From the sequence record SRR31156797_4649: a stretch of 30,917 bases of DNA; one strand, given 5' to 3'. Below are positions 18,571 to 28,477 of the stretch, in pieces. Under the pieces are notes generated by a model. That model ran no database searches. It was given only the letters and a program-made list of their open reading frames with translations, and was not told the origin of the DNA. The translations under genes were made by a program, and so were the position numbers. Position 1 is the first letter of the stretch. Every line of letters starts with the position of its first letter.

Positions 18571-18601
18571 CAAATGTAATTTAATTGCTAATAATATGCA
18601 A
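18571..18601 (-). promoter_or_regulatory. Bacteroidota promoter (TTG-N20-TACATTTG) for the SpoIIE gene
   Basis: -7 box at 18571-18578 and TTG at 18599-18601, with canonical spacing. Confidence 0.6.
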
Positions 18602-18668
18602 TCTTGAAATAAAAAAATATATGGGTAAATTAACCTGAATTTGAAGTCTAAATCAGTGTTCCCTGATT

Positions 18669-19580
18669 TTATATACGGTATATTGTTAAATTATTGCTCT
18701 CCACATAGTTTAATAACTCACTATTATTCAATGCAAAAACCATCAAAAATCCACCACCACCGCTACCACACAATTTCATTATCCAACCATTTCGATTTAA
18801 TCCAGTTTCCCAATGCTTTTTCATTGATTCCGGAATCATCTCACTCAAATTTGCGTATTGCCAAAGCGACAATTCTTTTAATAACTTTTGAAAGTTGGGA
18901 TCATTTGATTTGTATATGGAGTCAATAACCTTATTAACCAATGTGGAATATTCGCGATGATTTAATACGCCCTGATCAACTTTAGCCAGATAAGACTTAA
19001 CCAGAGGAGCTGTTTCTGACACCTGACCTGTATCAATCAGATAAACGCCACTTACTCCATTGTGCTCAAAATCTGGATGTTTCACCTCTACAAATGAATT
19101 ACTTTCAAATAGTAAAGGTTGGTTAAAAAATGCTACCAGGGGATCAATACCAGATGATTTTCCGTGAAAAAAGCTCTCCATAGCAGCTAATCTTTCCCTT
19201 ATATTTAAATCCCCTTCATTATAAACATATTTATCATAAATAGCGGCAATTAAAGCTCCGGAACTACCTACACCATAGCCCTGTGGAATATTTGAATCAA
19301 AGAATAATCCTGATTCAATATCATTCAAGAAACGATCAGTTTCAATTTTAAATTCCGAAAGGTGAGCACCAAAATTCTGAGATAGGAAACCAGCGTAATT
19401 TTTCAGATTCCTATTGGAAATAACTGCAGCTCTATTTTCATTTGATTTTAAATATTTAAACTGTCCACTATATTTTTTCAAAGGAATTGCCAACGCTTTT
19501 GATTGATGAATAATACTATACTCCCCAAAAAGCATCAGTTTGGCATAAAAAGATTTGTTATTTAGGTCTTTACCTATCAC
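18669..19580 (-). CDS. Mevalonate-kinase-family GHMP kinase (Bacteroidota type)
   Basis: GTG start overlapping the mvaD stop. KLMLFGEY, IPQGYGVGSSGA, FHGKSSGIDP, KLCGSGGGG. Confidence 0.88.
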   Translation of the reverse strand: MIGKDLNNKSFYAKLMLFGEYSIIHQSKALAIPLKKYSGQFKYLKSNENRAAVISNRNLKNYAGFLSQNFGAHLSEFKIETDRFLNDIESGLFFDSNIPQGYGVGSSGALIAAIYDKYVYNEGDLNIRERLAAMESFFHGKSSGIDPLVAFFNQPLLFESNSFVEVKHPDFEHNGVSGVYLIDTGQVSETAPLVKSYLAKVDQGVLNHREYSTLVNKVIDSIYKSNDPNFQKLLKELSLWQYANLSEMIPESMKKHWETGLNRNGWIMKLCGSGGGGFLMVFALNNSELLNYVESNNLTIYRI

Positions 19581-20659
19581 TCAAAAAGTTGTTTTGGTCC
19601 CATTCCTGTCTCATCATCAATAACATCCATATCCAATTTGGAGTCCATAACCCAATTACTGATGAAATCCTGTATTATTGAACGATGAGCTTCGGCGTAA
19701 AGTAAATGAATATTTGGACCTGCGTCAATGGTATAGGCAGCCATTAGCCCCTTTCCTTTGCGAAAATCATCAAAGTCATTTAAAAATTTAATAGTAGAAG
19801 GAGCCAGCAATAAAACCGGACTTGCCGATGCCATCATTAAACCATGCAAAGACATAGCCTCATTCTCAGTTACCTGCTGCCAAGTCTCAAAATCACCATG
19901 TTCCATTGCCGGGAGTAACCTTTTCATATTTTCCTCAACCTGAGCAATGCGACCTGCTCTGTAAGGATGGGTATTCATTAGGGAATGACCGGCAGTACTT
20001 CCAACTTTCTTTGGTTTCTTACTAAATATCAAAATACTATCATAAACATTTAAGAAGTCATTATGAGGTTTAAAAGGTACAGCAAATTCATCTTGCCCCA
20101 ATCCATTTGCTCCTTTGCCCCAAATTGCATAAGGACCATATACAGATCGACATGCGCTACCTGATCCAAGACGTGCAAAATGAGATGCTTCTTGGATAAA
20201 TCCATCATAATCGGATTCAAAATACCCCATTTCTTTAATTACTGAAAGAAGACTCAGAGCTAATGCACTCATTCCACTAGCCGAGGAGGCTATACCTGTT
20301 GAATGAGGAAAAGTATTGATACTGTTTATCTTAAAAAACAATTCGTTGATAACTGGATATTTTTCAGCAAATCGATTGATTAACGCAGTAACTTTTTTCT
20401 CAAAGCCCTCACTAACTTTATTTTGAGATAGGTAAAAATCAAAATTCTTCGAATTAGGATGCTCTCTTAGTGACCATTGAATTTCAGTTTGTGTAAAAGC
20501 ATATTTCAATGTCATACTGATGGAAGGATTCATTGGGATCTGGTCTCCACTTTTACCCCAATATTTAATCAATGCAATGTTAGATGGACTTCTCCACTCT
20601 AACTTTCCGCTATATTTATGGGCTCCGGCATTTATCTTTATATCCTTAAATCCATTCAT
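19577..20659 (-). CDS. mvaD: Diphosphomevalonate decarboxylase
   Basis: SPSNIALIKYWGK, NPSISMTL, GIASSASG, ARLGSGSACRS, TIDAGPNIH. Confidence 0.93.
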   Translation of the reverse strand: MNGFKDIKINAGAHKYSGKLEWRSPSNIALIKYWGKSGDQIPMNPSISMTLKYAFTQTEIQWSLREHPNSKNFDFYLSQNKVSEGFEKKVTALINRFAEKYPVINELFFKINSINTFPHSTGIASSASGMSALALSLLSVIKEMGYFESDYDGFIQEASHFARLGSGSACRSVYGPYAIWGKGANGLGQDEFAVPFKPHNDFLNVYDSILIFSKKPKKVGSTAGHSLMNTHPYRAGRIAQVEENMKRLLPAMEHGDFETWQQVTENEAMSLHGLMMASASPVLLLAPSTIKFLNDFDDFRKGKGLMAAYTIDAGPNIHLLYAEAHRSIIQDFISNWVMDSKLDMDVIDDETGMGPKQLFE

Positions 20660-20661
20660 TA

Positions 20662-21579
20662 CTATTCTCCTTTATGCTTCACGATTTCTAACCAATTAAA
20701 CATTGTCGGCCTTCCTTTGCCTTCAAAATATGATATGACATCAGCGCCTGACATTGGACTTACTGCCAACATAAAATCACCTCCCCACGCACCTAATGAT
20801 TTCACCTCACCATCAAAATCCTTATATTCGTCGGCTATGGTTTTCATATCTAAACACTTACTCATCAATTTTTCATGTTCTTTCATGAGTTTCATTATCG
20901 TATCTATTGAGTCAGCTTTAATCCATTCATTGCTAATTTCAGTGATTCGATTTATCACTTTATCATCAACTCTTTTACTTCTGAAACCACGTATTGCATC
21001 AGCAGTATTCATTTTATTCTCTTGAAATATAAACCACATATTTTTTCGATAATCAGGCTTATAGTCGACCTCTTCATATTCAGGAAGATTACTTTCATTT
21101 TTATAGAGAATACCTTTTTCGGCATTGGCACAAGCGATATCGTAACCAGAACCTCCTCCCACTTTCATGTTCACCCAAAATGGATTTACATCTGCCCATT
21201 TGCACAAGTTTGCAATAAAAGAAGAGCTACTTCCCCATCCATAATTCATTGGCAAATCAATAGTTGCAGAAGCCTCAGCTCCTTCACCAACTAAGAAATC
21301 ACTTTTTTGATCACGAATGGCTAAAAATACCGATTTGATCCAGTCAGATTTTTCCTTATCACTTGTTTCCAGGACATTGAAAGTTTCAGTTTCAAAAATG
21401 GCATGAAAAATAATATTATCTTTAAACAGTGTGCGCCAATAAACCAGCGGATGTGATACAGATTCAATTTCTAGCTCCTGACCAAAAATTAAGGGTACTG
21501 CAAATGTTGTAGCACCCTGCAAAGCCAGATATTCTCCTGTAAGCATCAATTTCCCATTTGACCTATATTTTTCTGACAT
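20662..21579 (-). CDS. GYDIA-family GHMP kinase (second kinase of the mevalonate pathway)
   Basis: SNGKLMLTGEY, GWGSSS, GSGYDIACA, KSLGAWGGDF. Lies directly after HMG-CoA reductase. Confidence 0.88.
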   Translation of the reverse strand: MSEKYRSNGKLMLTGEYLALQGATTFAVPLIFGQELEIESVSHPLVYWRTLFKDNIIFHAIFETETFNVLETSDKEKSDWIKSVFLAIRDQKSDFLVGEGAEASATIDLPMNYGWGSSSSFIANLCKWADVNPFWVNMKVGGGSGYDIACANAEKGILYKNESNLPEYEEVDYKPDYRKNMWFIFQENKMNTADAIRGFRSKRVDDKVINRITEISNEWIKADSIDTIMKLMKEHEKLMSKCLDMKTIADEYKDFDGEVKSLGAWGGDFMLAVSPMSGADVISYFEGKGRPTMFNWLEIVKHKGE

Positions 21580-21630
21580 ACACTACCTTATTTGTTGTTT
21601 TGTTTAAAGATAAGAAATTTAAAGTTAATG

Positions 21631-22929
21631 CTAATTCTCTTGCAGAAAATCACGAACTGCTTTCACTGAAACAGTTCTATTCTCAAAATAAATCTTAGCA
21701 GCTTTCTTTTGCTTCTCATTGGCGTTCTCAGCAATTAAAATATTATCAAGGTGCAATTTCATATGTCCTTTTTGAATTCCTGTGGTAATGAGTGAACCCA
21801 CAGCAGCAAAGTTATTGGCCAATCCGGCAGCTGTGGCTATTTTCATTAGTTCATCGGCAGATGGATTGCCCAACATCTCCAAAGCTAAAGAAGCTGTTGG
21901 ATGTACTTTTGTCAAACCTCCCACTGTACCTAGTGCATATGGCAATGTGAGTTTCATCCAGAATTCACTATTTTCAATACCCGCTGATGATAATGATCTG
22001 TACTGACCTGATCTTGCCGCATAAGCATGCACTGCCGCTTCTGCTGCTCGAAAATCATTACCTGTAGCTAAAATCACAGCATCAGAACCGTTCATTATTC
22101 CTTTATTATGGGTCACAGCTCTACTCACATCCAGCTCTGCTAACTTAACAGCCTTTACAAACTTTTTCGCAAAATCCTCAGGGTTCATTTCTTTATCCCA
22201 TGTCAATTGATCAATTGGACAACGAACCTCTAATGTTACGTAGTTTTTAGGTGTGTAATTAGATAATATGGCCATCAAAATTTCAGGGACTGACTTACCA
22301 TGTTTATCGGCAAAATTAGAGATTTGTCCGGCCATTTCTTCCAACACAGAATTAATGAAATTAGCACCCATTGAGTCCACTGTATTCACAAAAACCGATA
22401 ATTTCATAGAAGTAGATGACAGTTCATTTAACTGCTCCAATTCAAGATGATCAATACCACCTCCCCGCTTTTCCATATTGGCTGTAAGAGGCTTTACTTT
22501 ATCTGTTAGATATGAAAAAAAATCTTCTTTATGAGCAAGTAACCAATCAATGCTATCCAGCCACTCAAAGTAAACCTGACCGTTTTTTAAACTTTGCTGA
22601 TTTACTGTTTTAAACCCTCCACGGGCTTGCCAAAATGATGCTGCTTTAGATGCAGCTGCCACAACTGAACTCTCTTCAATTACAGCCGGCACATGATAAA
22701 TTTGGCCATCAATACTCATGTTAGGAATTACACCAAACGGCAGTGCGTGATTCGTAAGTGTATTTTCGCTAAAACCCTCAAATTGCTGCTGAAGATTTGT
22801 ATCGTTAAAATGAAATTTATTAAAATCTCTCACACGAGATTGGTCCCCAAAGCATTCTTTCGCAATAATCTCTCTTTTTTGCGAGGGGCTCTTCTTTGAG
22901 AATCCTGACAATTTGGGTTTGGGCTTCAT
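21631..22929 (-). CDS. mvaA: Class II HMG-CoA reductase
   Basis: SEN, EESSVVAAAS, DSMGAN, AILSN, THNKGIMNG, GNDFRA, GTVGG, GIQKGHMKLH. Confidence 0.95.
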   Translation of the reverse strand: MKPKPKLSGFSKKSPSQKREIIAKECFGDQSRVRDFNKFHFNDTNLQQQFEGFSENTLTNHALPFGVIPNMSIDGQIYHVPAVIEESSVVAAASKAASFWQARGGFKTVNQQSLKNGQVYFEWLDSIDWLLAHKEDFFSYLTDKVKPLTANMEKRGGGIDHLELEQLNELSSTSMKLSVFVNTVDSMGANFINSVLEEMAGQISNFADKHGKSVPEILMAILSNYTPKNYVTLEVRCPIDQLTWDKEMNPEDFAKKFVKAVKLAELDVSRAVTHNKGIMNGSDAVILATGNDFRAAEAAVHAYAARSGQYRSLSSAGIENSEFWMKLTLPYALGTVGGLTKVHPTASLALEMLGNPSADELMKIATAAGLANNFAAVGSLITTGIQKGHMKLHLDNILIAENANEKQKKAAKIYFENRTVSVKAVRDFLQEN

Positions 22930-22945
22930 AAATGATGCGAGATAA

Positions 22946-24100
22946 CTATTTCAATCCAATATGTCTACCAATAACTAATTTAAGTATTTCAGAGGTTCCT
23001 TCACCAATTTGCAAAATGCGCTGATCACGGTAAAAGCGCTCAATATCATATTCCTCCATCAAACCGTAAGCACCAAATATTTGCACAGCCTCGTCGGCAA
23101 CTTCTTTAGCAGCCTCACTACAATAATACTTGGCCATAGCAGCCTGCTTACCAAATGGTTTACCCTTATCTTTCAACCAAACGGCATTATAAAGTGTATT
23201 ACGAGCTAACTCAATTTTAGTGGCCATTTCAGCTAATTTGAATGCTGTATTTTGGAACTTTGCAATTGGGCGGCCAAACTGTTCACGTTTTTGAGCATAT
23301 GCCATAGCCATTTCAAATGCTCCTTGAGCTAATCCAAGACCCATTGCACCAATGGTTAAACGACCTGAATCCAGTGTCTCAAGCATCATATTGCTTCCTT
23401 TACCTCGTTCTCCCAAAAGATAATCCTCCGGCACTTCTACATTGTCAAACATGAGTTTACCAGTATCTGCAGCACGCCACATCATTTTCGTATTGATCTT
23501 TTCGCGTGTAAATCCATCGCGAGCAGTCTCCATGAGAATAATGGATAATTCTTTCTTACCATCTTTTTCACCGGTAATAGCCTGAACGGTAGCACCTAAA
23601 GTTAATGGTCCACCTCCATTACTGATATAAATTTTATCGCCGTTTACAATCCATTTGCCATCTTTTAATTCAGCGCGTGTTTGTGTTCCCCGACTATCAG
23701 AACCTGCGTTTTCCTCAGTCAAAGCAAATGCCCACACATTATCGCCATTGATTAACTGGGGTAACCACTTCATTTTTTGCTCTTCAGTACCAAAATAATA
23801 TATTGGTCCAAGTCCCAAACTGTTATGACTGGCCACTGTGGATGCCTGCGAGCCATCGATCCTGGCAACTTCTTCCACTGTTATAACCAATGATAGATAA
23901 TCTAATCCCTGTCCACCATACTTTTTAGGTAGAAACTGACCAAAAAATCCGGCTTGTCCCATTTTTTTTGTCAAGTCAACAGAGAATTCTCTATTTTGAT
24001 CAAGGGTACGAGCCACAGGCTTTATTTCTTTTTCGGCAAATTCACGAACTTTCATTCGTAAAGCTTCGTGATCTTGATTTGTAAAAGGCGTTATCATCAT
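22946..24100 (-). CDS. Acyl-CoA dehydrogenase, probably acting on isovaleryl-CoA from context
   Basis: FALTEENAGSD, NGDKIYISN, REQFGRPI..FQ, QIFGAYG, IGEGTSE. The ORF-track start at 24106 is TTG; I prefer ATG at 24100 or 24097. Confidence 0.9.
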   Translation of the reverse strand: MMITPFTNQDHEALRMKVREFAEKEIKPVARTLDQNREFSVDLTKKMGQAGFFGQFLPKKYGGQGLDYLSLVITVEEVARIDGSQASTVASHNSLGLGPIYYFGTEEQKMKWLPQLINGDNVWAFALTEENAGSDSRGTQTRAELKDGKWIVNGDKIYISNGGGPLTLGATVQAITGEKDGKKELSIILMETARDGFTREKINTKMMWRAADTGKLMFDNVEVPEDYLLGERGKGSNMMLETLDSGRLTIGAMGLGLAQGAFEMAMAYAQKREQFGRPIAKFQNTAFKLAEMATKIELARNTLYNAVWLKDKGKPFGKQAAMAKYYCSEAAKEVADEAVQIFGAYGLMEEYDIERFYRDQRILQIGEGTSEILKLVIGRHIGLK

Positions 24101-24110
24101 AATCAATTTT

Positions 24111-26045
24111 TTATTCGAATTCCATTAAAATCTGGCCATCAGAAACTTGTTCACCTTCCTTAACCAGTATATTTTTAACTTTAGCATTTCCGGTAGCATG
24201 TAAATGGTTTTCCATTTTCATGGCTTCTATTACCAACAGGGTATCACCTTCTTTAATATCTGCTCCCATGGGCGCATTGATACTTAATACTTTGCCAAAC
24301 ATTGGCGCTTCAAGGGTTACTTGCCGACCACTTACAGCCTGATTCTTTTTACCCGACTTAGGTAACAACCTTTCTATACGTATTGTTTTACCTTTGTCAA
24401 ATATCCACAATTTGCCTTTGTGTTTGTATACAAAAAGCTCCACTTTATTTCCATTCAAATCAAATCCAACTGTATTGTCTTTCCATTGAATTTCATCCAC
24501 CTCAAAAAAGCCTCCTTGATACTCAAAATTAAGCTTTTTATTGACTTTTGACCATTTAATATTGTAGTTATCGTCATTGATCTGGATTTTCCAATTGACA
24601 GGAATTTGTCTAAAGTACCCTGTATTCCATGCATTATTTTCTTGATTTAAGTTAAGAAAACTGTCAGAAATTAATGCTGCTATATATTTCTCAGGATTTT
24701 CATTTTTTGTTTCGTATTGATAAGATTCTTCAATAAACCGGGTATGAAAATTATTGCCTATAAACACTTCAGAATTAGCTAACTCTCTAAGAAAATGTTT
24801 ATTCGTTTCTACTCCTGCTAACCTTGTTTCATCAAGAACCAAACTCAACCTTTGAATAGCTTCATTTCTGTCATTTCCCCAAACTGAAATTTTCGATATC
24901 ATAGGATCAAAGTTAGGACTTGCAAACCCTCTATTTTCAATGGAAGAATCAATCCTTAACCAATCGTAATGAGGAAAGCTCAAATGATAAACCGGACCTG
25001 CATCCGGAAGAAAGTCTTTATGTGGTTTTTCAGCGTACAAACGCGCTTCTATGGCATGACCATTAAAAGTAATTTGATCCTGGGAAAAGGTAAGTGGTTT
25101 ACCTGCCGCTATTTCAATTTGCAACCTCACAATATCCCTCCCTGTAATCATTTCTGAAACAGGATGTTCTACCTGTATTCGGGTATTCATTTCCAAAAAC
25201 CAGAACTTTCCACTTTCATCAAATAAAAATTCAACAGTTCCAGCACTCCGATACTTCATCGCTTTGGCTAATTGCACTGCATATGATGTTACTTCCTCTC
25301 TTTGTTCTTGCGTTAAAATAGCAGCTGGCGCTTCTTCTAACACTTTTTGATGGCGACGCTGCATAGTACAATCACGTTCTCCCAAATGAATGGCATCACC
25401 GTTACCATCACCAATTACTTGTACTTCAATATGTCTGGCACTAGTCACTAATCGTTCCACATATACATCATCATTTCCAAAATAAGCTTTCGACTCTCGT
25501 GCAGTTTGAACTAATGCCTGCTCATAATTTTCAGCCTTGTACACCTTCTTCATTCCTTTTCCACCACCTCCGGCAGCAGCCTTTATAAGCACAGGATAGC
25601 TTAATTGATCTTTAAGTTTAAGTAATTCGTCTTTGGAACCTTTATGCATTTTTTGAACAGGGATTCCTGCTTTTTCTGCATAAGCAGAAGCGTTCAACTT
25701 ATTTCCCATGGCCTCAATGGATTCAGCTCTTGGTCCAACAAATGCCATTCCTGCTTCTTCTACTTTCTCGGCAAAAAGTGCATTCTCAGACAAAAATCCA
25801 TAACCGGGATGAATCGCATCAGCTTTGCATTGCAAGGCGAACTCAACTATTTGGTCTATATTTAAATAGCTCTGACTTAATTCTGATTCGGCAAATTTGA
25901 ATGACTCATTTGCTTCTTTCACCCAGGGAGCATTTTCTTCCTCAGCAGTGCACAACGCAACTGTTTCAATTCCCATTTCACGGGCTGTTCGAATTACCCT
26001 TCTGGCAATTTCACCACGATTTGCTATAAGTATTTTCCTAATCAT
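24111..26045 (-). CDS. liuD: Biotin carboxylase / biotin-carrier (alpha) subunit, 3-methylcrotonyl-CoA carboxylase-like
   Basis: ILIANRGEIA, HPGYGFLSEN, GGGGKGM, RDCTMQRRHQK, EMNTRIQVEHP, EAMKM biotin site. Confidence 0.88.
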   Translation of the reverse strand: MIRKILIANRGEIARRVIRTAREMGIETVALCTAEEENAPWVKEANESFKFAESELSQSYLNIDQIVEFALQCKADAIHPGYGFLSENALFAEKVEEAGMAFVGPRAESIEAMGNKLNASAYAEKAGIPVQKMHKGSKDELLKLKDQLSYPVLIKAAAGGGGKGMKKVYKAENYEQALVQTARESKAYFGNDDVYVERLVTSARHIEVQVIGDGNGDAIHLGERDCTMQRRHQKVLEEAPAAILTQEQREEVTSYAVQLAKAMKYRSAGTVEFLFDESGKFWFLEMNTRIQVEHPVSEMITGRDIVRLQIEIAAGKPLTFSQDQITFNGHAIEARLYAEKPHKDFLPDAGPVYHLSFPHYDWLRIDSSIENRGFASPNFDPMISKISVWGNDRNEAIQRLSLVLDETRLAGVETNKHFLRELANSEVFIGNNFHTRFIEESYQYETKNENPEKYIAALISDSFLNLNQENNAWNTGYFRQIPVNWKIQINDDNYNIKWSKVNKKLNFEYQGGFFEVDEIQWKDNTVGFDLNGNKVELFVYKHKGKLWIFDKGKTIRIERLLPKSGKKNQAVSGRQVTLEAPMFGKVLSINAPMGADIKEGDTLLVIEAMKMENHLHATGNAKVKNILVKEGEQVSDGQILMEFE

Positions 26046-26821
26046 GATGTAATATTTTTAGTTTCCAAAAAACTTCTAATTCTGGATTGAGCCGACTCAC
26101 TGGCCCGTGCTTCTGCAATTACATTGGCAGTATAACTTTCTTCAGTATCAGCATCCATATTTTCTGCTATGTCATGAATCAATTTCTTGGTTGATTGCAC
26201 TGCATTCATATCATTGCCGCTTACAGATTCAACCAAATAAGCAAGCTTTTCAGGTAATGCCTCAGCTGTTACTATTTCATCAGCAAAACCCGCACTTAAT
26301 AACTCATCTTCACCTAACATTTTACCTGTTAGCATCCACTGCCTCGCTTTAATTTCTCCAATTCTTTGAATTACTACAGGAGCAACTGTAGCAGGCACTA
26401 AACCAAGCTTTACTTCACTAAAACGGATTTTCACATCTTGGTCAATCCATACAAAATCAGCTCCGGCAACTAGTCCTAAAGCACCACCAATAGCAGCACC
26501 ATGCACCCATGCAACAGTTATCATTGGCAATGTACTGAACAATTTAAAAACCCTATATAACTTGCGACTTTCCTCTACATTCTCCTCATGTGTTGCATTA
26601 ATCGCAGAAGCCATCCAATTTAAATCAGCACCAGCGCTAAAAACATCTCCTTCTCCTCTCACTAGTAAAAATTTACATTGTTTTTCCTTGTGAGCATGTT
26701 CCAGAAAGTAAATCAACTCATCCAGCATCAAATCATTCATTGCATTGCGGACTTTAGGTCTGCTCAATCTAAGTACTGAGTGATTTTTGTATTTGTCGAT
26801 ATTTATGGTTTGGTATTGCAT
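26042..26821 (-). CDS. liuC: Enoyl-CoA hydratase, 3-methylglutaconyl-CoA hydratase-like
   Basis: RPKVRNAM, FSAGADLNWM, AIGGALGL, FSEVKLGLVPA. The likely start is MQYQTI at 26821, 4 nt after the upstream stop. Confidence 0.85.
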   Translation of the reverse strand: MQYQTINIDKYKNHSVLRLSRPKVRNAMNDLMLDELIYFLEHAHKEKQCKFLLVRGEGDVFSAGADLNWMASAINATHEENVEESRKLYRVFKLFSTLPMITVAWVHGAAIGGALGLVAGADFVWIDQDVKIRFSEVKLGLVPATVAPVVIQRIGEIKARQWMLTGKMLGEDELLSAGFADEIVTAEALPEKLAYLVESVSGNDMNAVQSTKKLIHDIAENMDADTEESYTANVIAEARASESAQSRIRSFLETKNITS

Positions 26822-26825
26822 AACT

Positions 26826-28433
26826 TTACATTCTATATACACCGCTTTTGGGTTCACCCCACAACTTATTTCTACTCGCTTCAATTCCAATTGCCAGATA
26901 CAATCGCGTTTGCAATGGATCTATAATTCCATCATCCCAAACACGAGAAGTACTGTAGAGAGCTGAACTCTCATTTCTATATTTGGCTAAAATTTCGTCA
27001 TATATCTTTTGATGTTCCTTTTCATCAGGCTTATGCCCATGCTTTTTCATGGCTGACTCTTTTATAGCTGTTAAAACACCTGCTGCCTGCTCGCCTCCCA
27101 TTACGCCTATTTTAGAGGTTGGGTACATCCATAAGAAGTTTGGATCGTAAGCACGTCCGGCCATAGCATAGTTTCCTGCGCCATAACTACCTCCTGTTAT
27201 GACAGTAAATTTAGGCACATTGGCATTAGCTACAGCATGAATCATTTTAGCTCCATCACGTGCTATACCTTCATGCTCATATTTTTTACCTACAATAAAG
27301 CCTGTTATATTTTGTAAAAATACGATGGGCACTTTTCTAAAATTACACAACTCTATAAAATGAGCTGCTTTTCTCGCTGTTTCTGCGTAAATAATACCGT
27401 TATTGGCAATAATACCAACGGGATAACCCATAATATGAGCAAACCCTGTCACAATAGAAGGCGCATAATCAGCTTTAAATTCATGAAATTCACTTTCATC
27501 AACCAATCGTGCAATAATTTCTCTGGCTTCAATTGGCTTATGACCTTCTAATGGTAAGATTCCATAAAGTTCCTCCGGGCTATATTTAGGTTCTTTGGAT
27601 TCCTTAATATCCAAAGGTTGTTTGGATGGCTTCGGTAATGTTGAAACAATATCGCGACAAATTTCCAATGCATGTTCATCATTTTTTGCCAAATGATCGG
27701 CCACACCGGAGATTTTTGCATGCACATCGCCACCGCCAAGCTCTTCATCAGTAACTTCCTCACCTGTAGCAGCTTTTACCAAGGGTGGACCACCAATAAA
27801 AATAGTTCCCTGATTGCGCACAATAATGGTTTCATCGCTCATTGCAGGCACGTAAGCTCCACCGGCAGTACATGATCCCATCACGACAGCAATTTGTGGA
27901 ATTCCAAGAGCTGATAATTGAGCCTGATTGCTAAAAATCCGTCCAAAATCATCTCTATCCGGAAAAACTTCTGATTGCACAGGTAAAAATATACCACCAC
28001 TATCTACCAAATAGACACAAGGAAGATTATTTTGCATAGCAATTTCCTGCGCACGAATATGTTTACGAATGGTTTCTTTCACATAGGTACCACCTTTAAC
28101 AGTAGCATCATTAGCCACAATCACCACTTCACGTCCATGCACAATTCCTAACCCGGTTACAACTCCACCTGAAGCAAATGCATCATCATATTGTCCATTT
28201 GCAGCTAGTGCAGTGAACTCAATAAACGGCGTATTCTCGTCCAATAAAAGCTCAATCCTTTCACGAGCCAAAAGTTTACCACGCTCTTTATGAATTGTAA
28301 CAGCCTTTTCACGACCTTCTTCAGGTAAAGCTGCAAATCTTTTGTTTAAGTCATTAACAGCTTCTGAAACTTTTTCAAACCGAAGTTTAAAATCGTCGTT
28401 ATTAACTAGTATGTTTGATTTTATATGTTTCAA
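26826..28433 (-). CDS. liuB: Carboxyltransferase (beta) subunit, 3-methylcrotonyl-CoA carboxylase-like
   Basis: TTG start. RGKLLARERI, ANDATVKGGTY, MGSCTAGGAYVPAMSDE, FLQNITGF, GSYGAGNYAM, WDDGIIDP, GVYRM C-terminus typical of MCC-beta. Confidence 0.9.
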   Translation of the reverse strand: MKHIKSNILVNNDDFKLRFEKVSEAVNDLNKRFAALPEEGREKAVTIHKERGKLLARERIELLLDENTPFIEFTALAANGQYDDAFASGGVVTGLGIVHGREVVIVANDATVKGGTYVKETIRKHIRAQEIAMQNNLPCVYLVDSGGIFLPVQSEVFPDRDDFGRIFSNQAQLSALGIPQIAVVMGSCTAGGAYVPAMSDETIIVRNQGTIFIGGPPLVKAATGEEVTDEELGGGDVHAKISGVADHLAKNDEHALEICRDIVSTLPKPSKQPLDIKESKEPKYSPEELYGILPLEGHKPIEAREIIARLVDESEFHEFKADYAPSIVTGFAHIMGYPVGIIANNGIIYAETARKAAHFIELCNFRKVPIVFLQNITGFIVGKKYEHEGIARDGAKMIHAVANANVPKFTVITGGSYGAGNYAMAGRAYDPNFLWMYPTSKIGVMGGEQAAGVLTAIKESAMKKHGHKPDEKEHQKIYDEILAKYRNESSALYSTSRVWDDGIIDPLQTRLYLAIGIEASRNKLWGEPKSGVYRM

Positions 28434-28477
28434 AACTTAATCAATTTGTATATAAATACCGAACATCAATAAAGATA

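Noticed and set aside
18562-18581. 7-bp inverted repeat AATTACA..TGTAATT overlapping the SpoIIE promoter
   Set aside because: Too short and AT-rich to distinguish from chance.
21631-22929. Degradative use of HMG-CoA reductase (mevalonate catabolism)
   Set aside because: There is no HMG-CoA lyase, and the gene is followed by ATP-consuming kinases and the decarboxylase, which are biosynthetic.
26822-26890. 23-aa N-terminal extension of the enoyl-CoA hydratase
   Set aside because: It overlaps the conserved C-terminus of the carboxyltransferase by 65 nt. The ATG at 26821 gives a normal 259-aa protein.
24111-28433. Geranyl-CoA carboxylase (atu) or propionyl-/acetyl-CoA carboxylase assignment
   Set aside because: The beta-hydratase-alpha order, MCC-type motifs and adjacency to HMG-CoA reductase favour MCC, and no other atu genes are present. 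Not formally excluded without a phylogeny.
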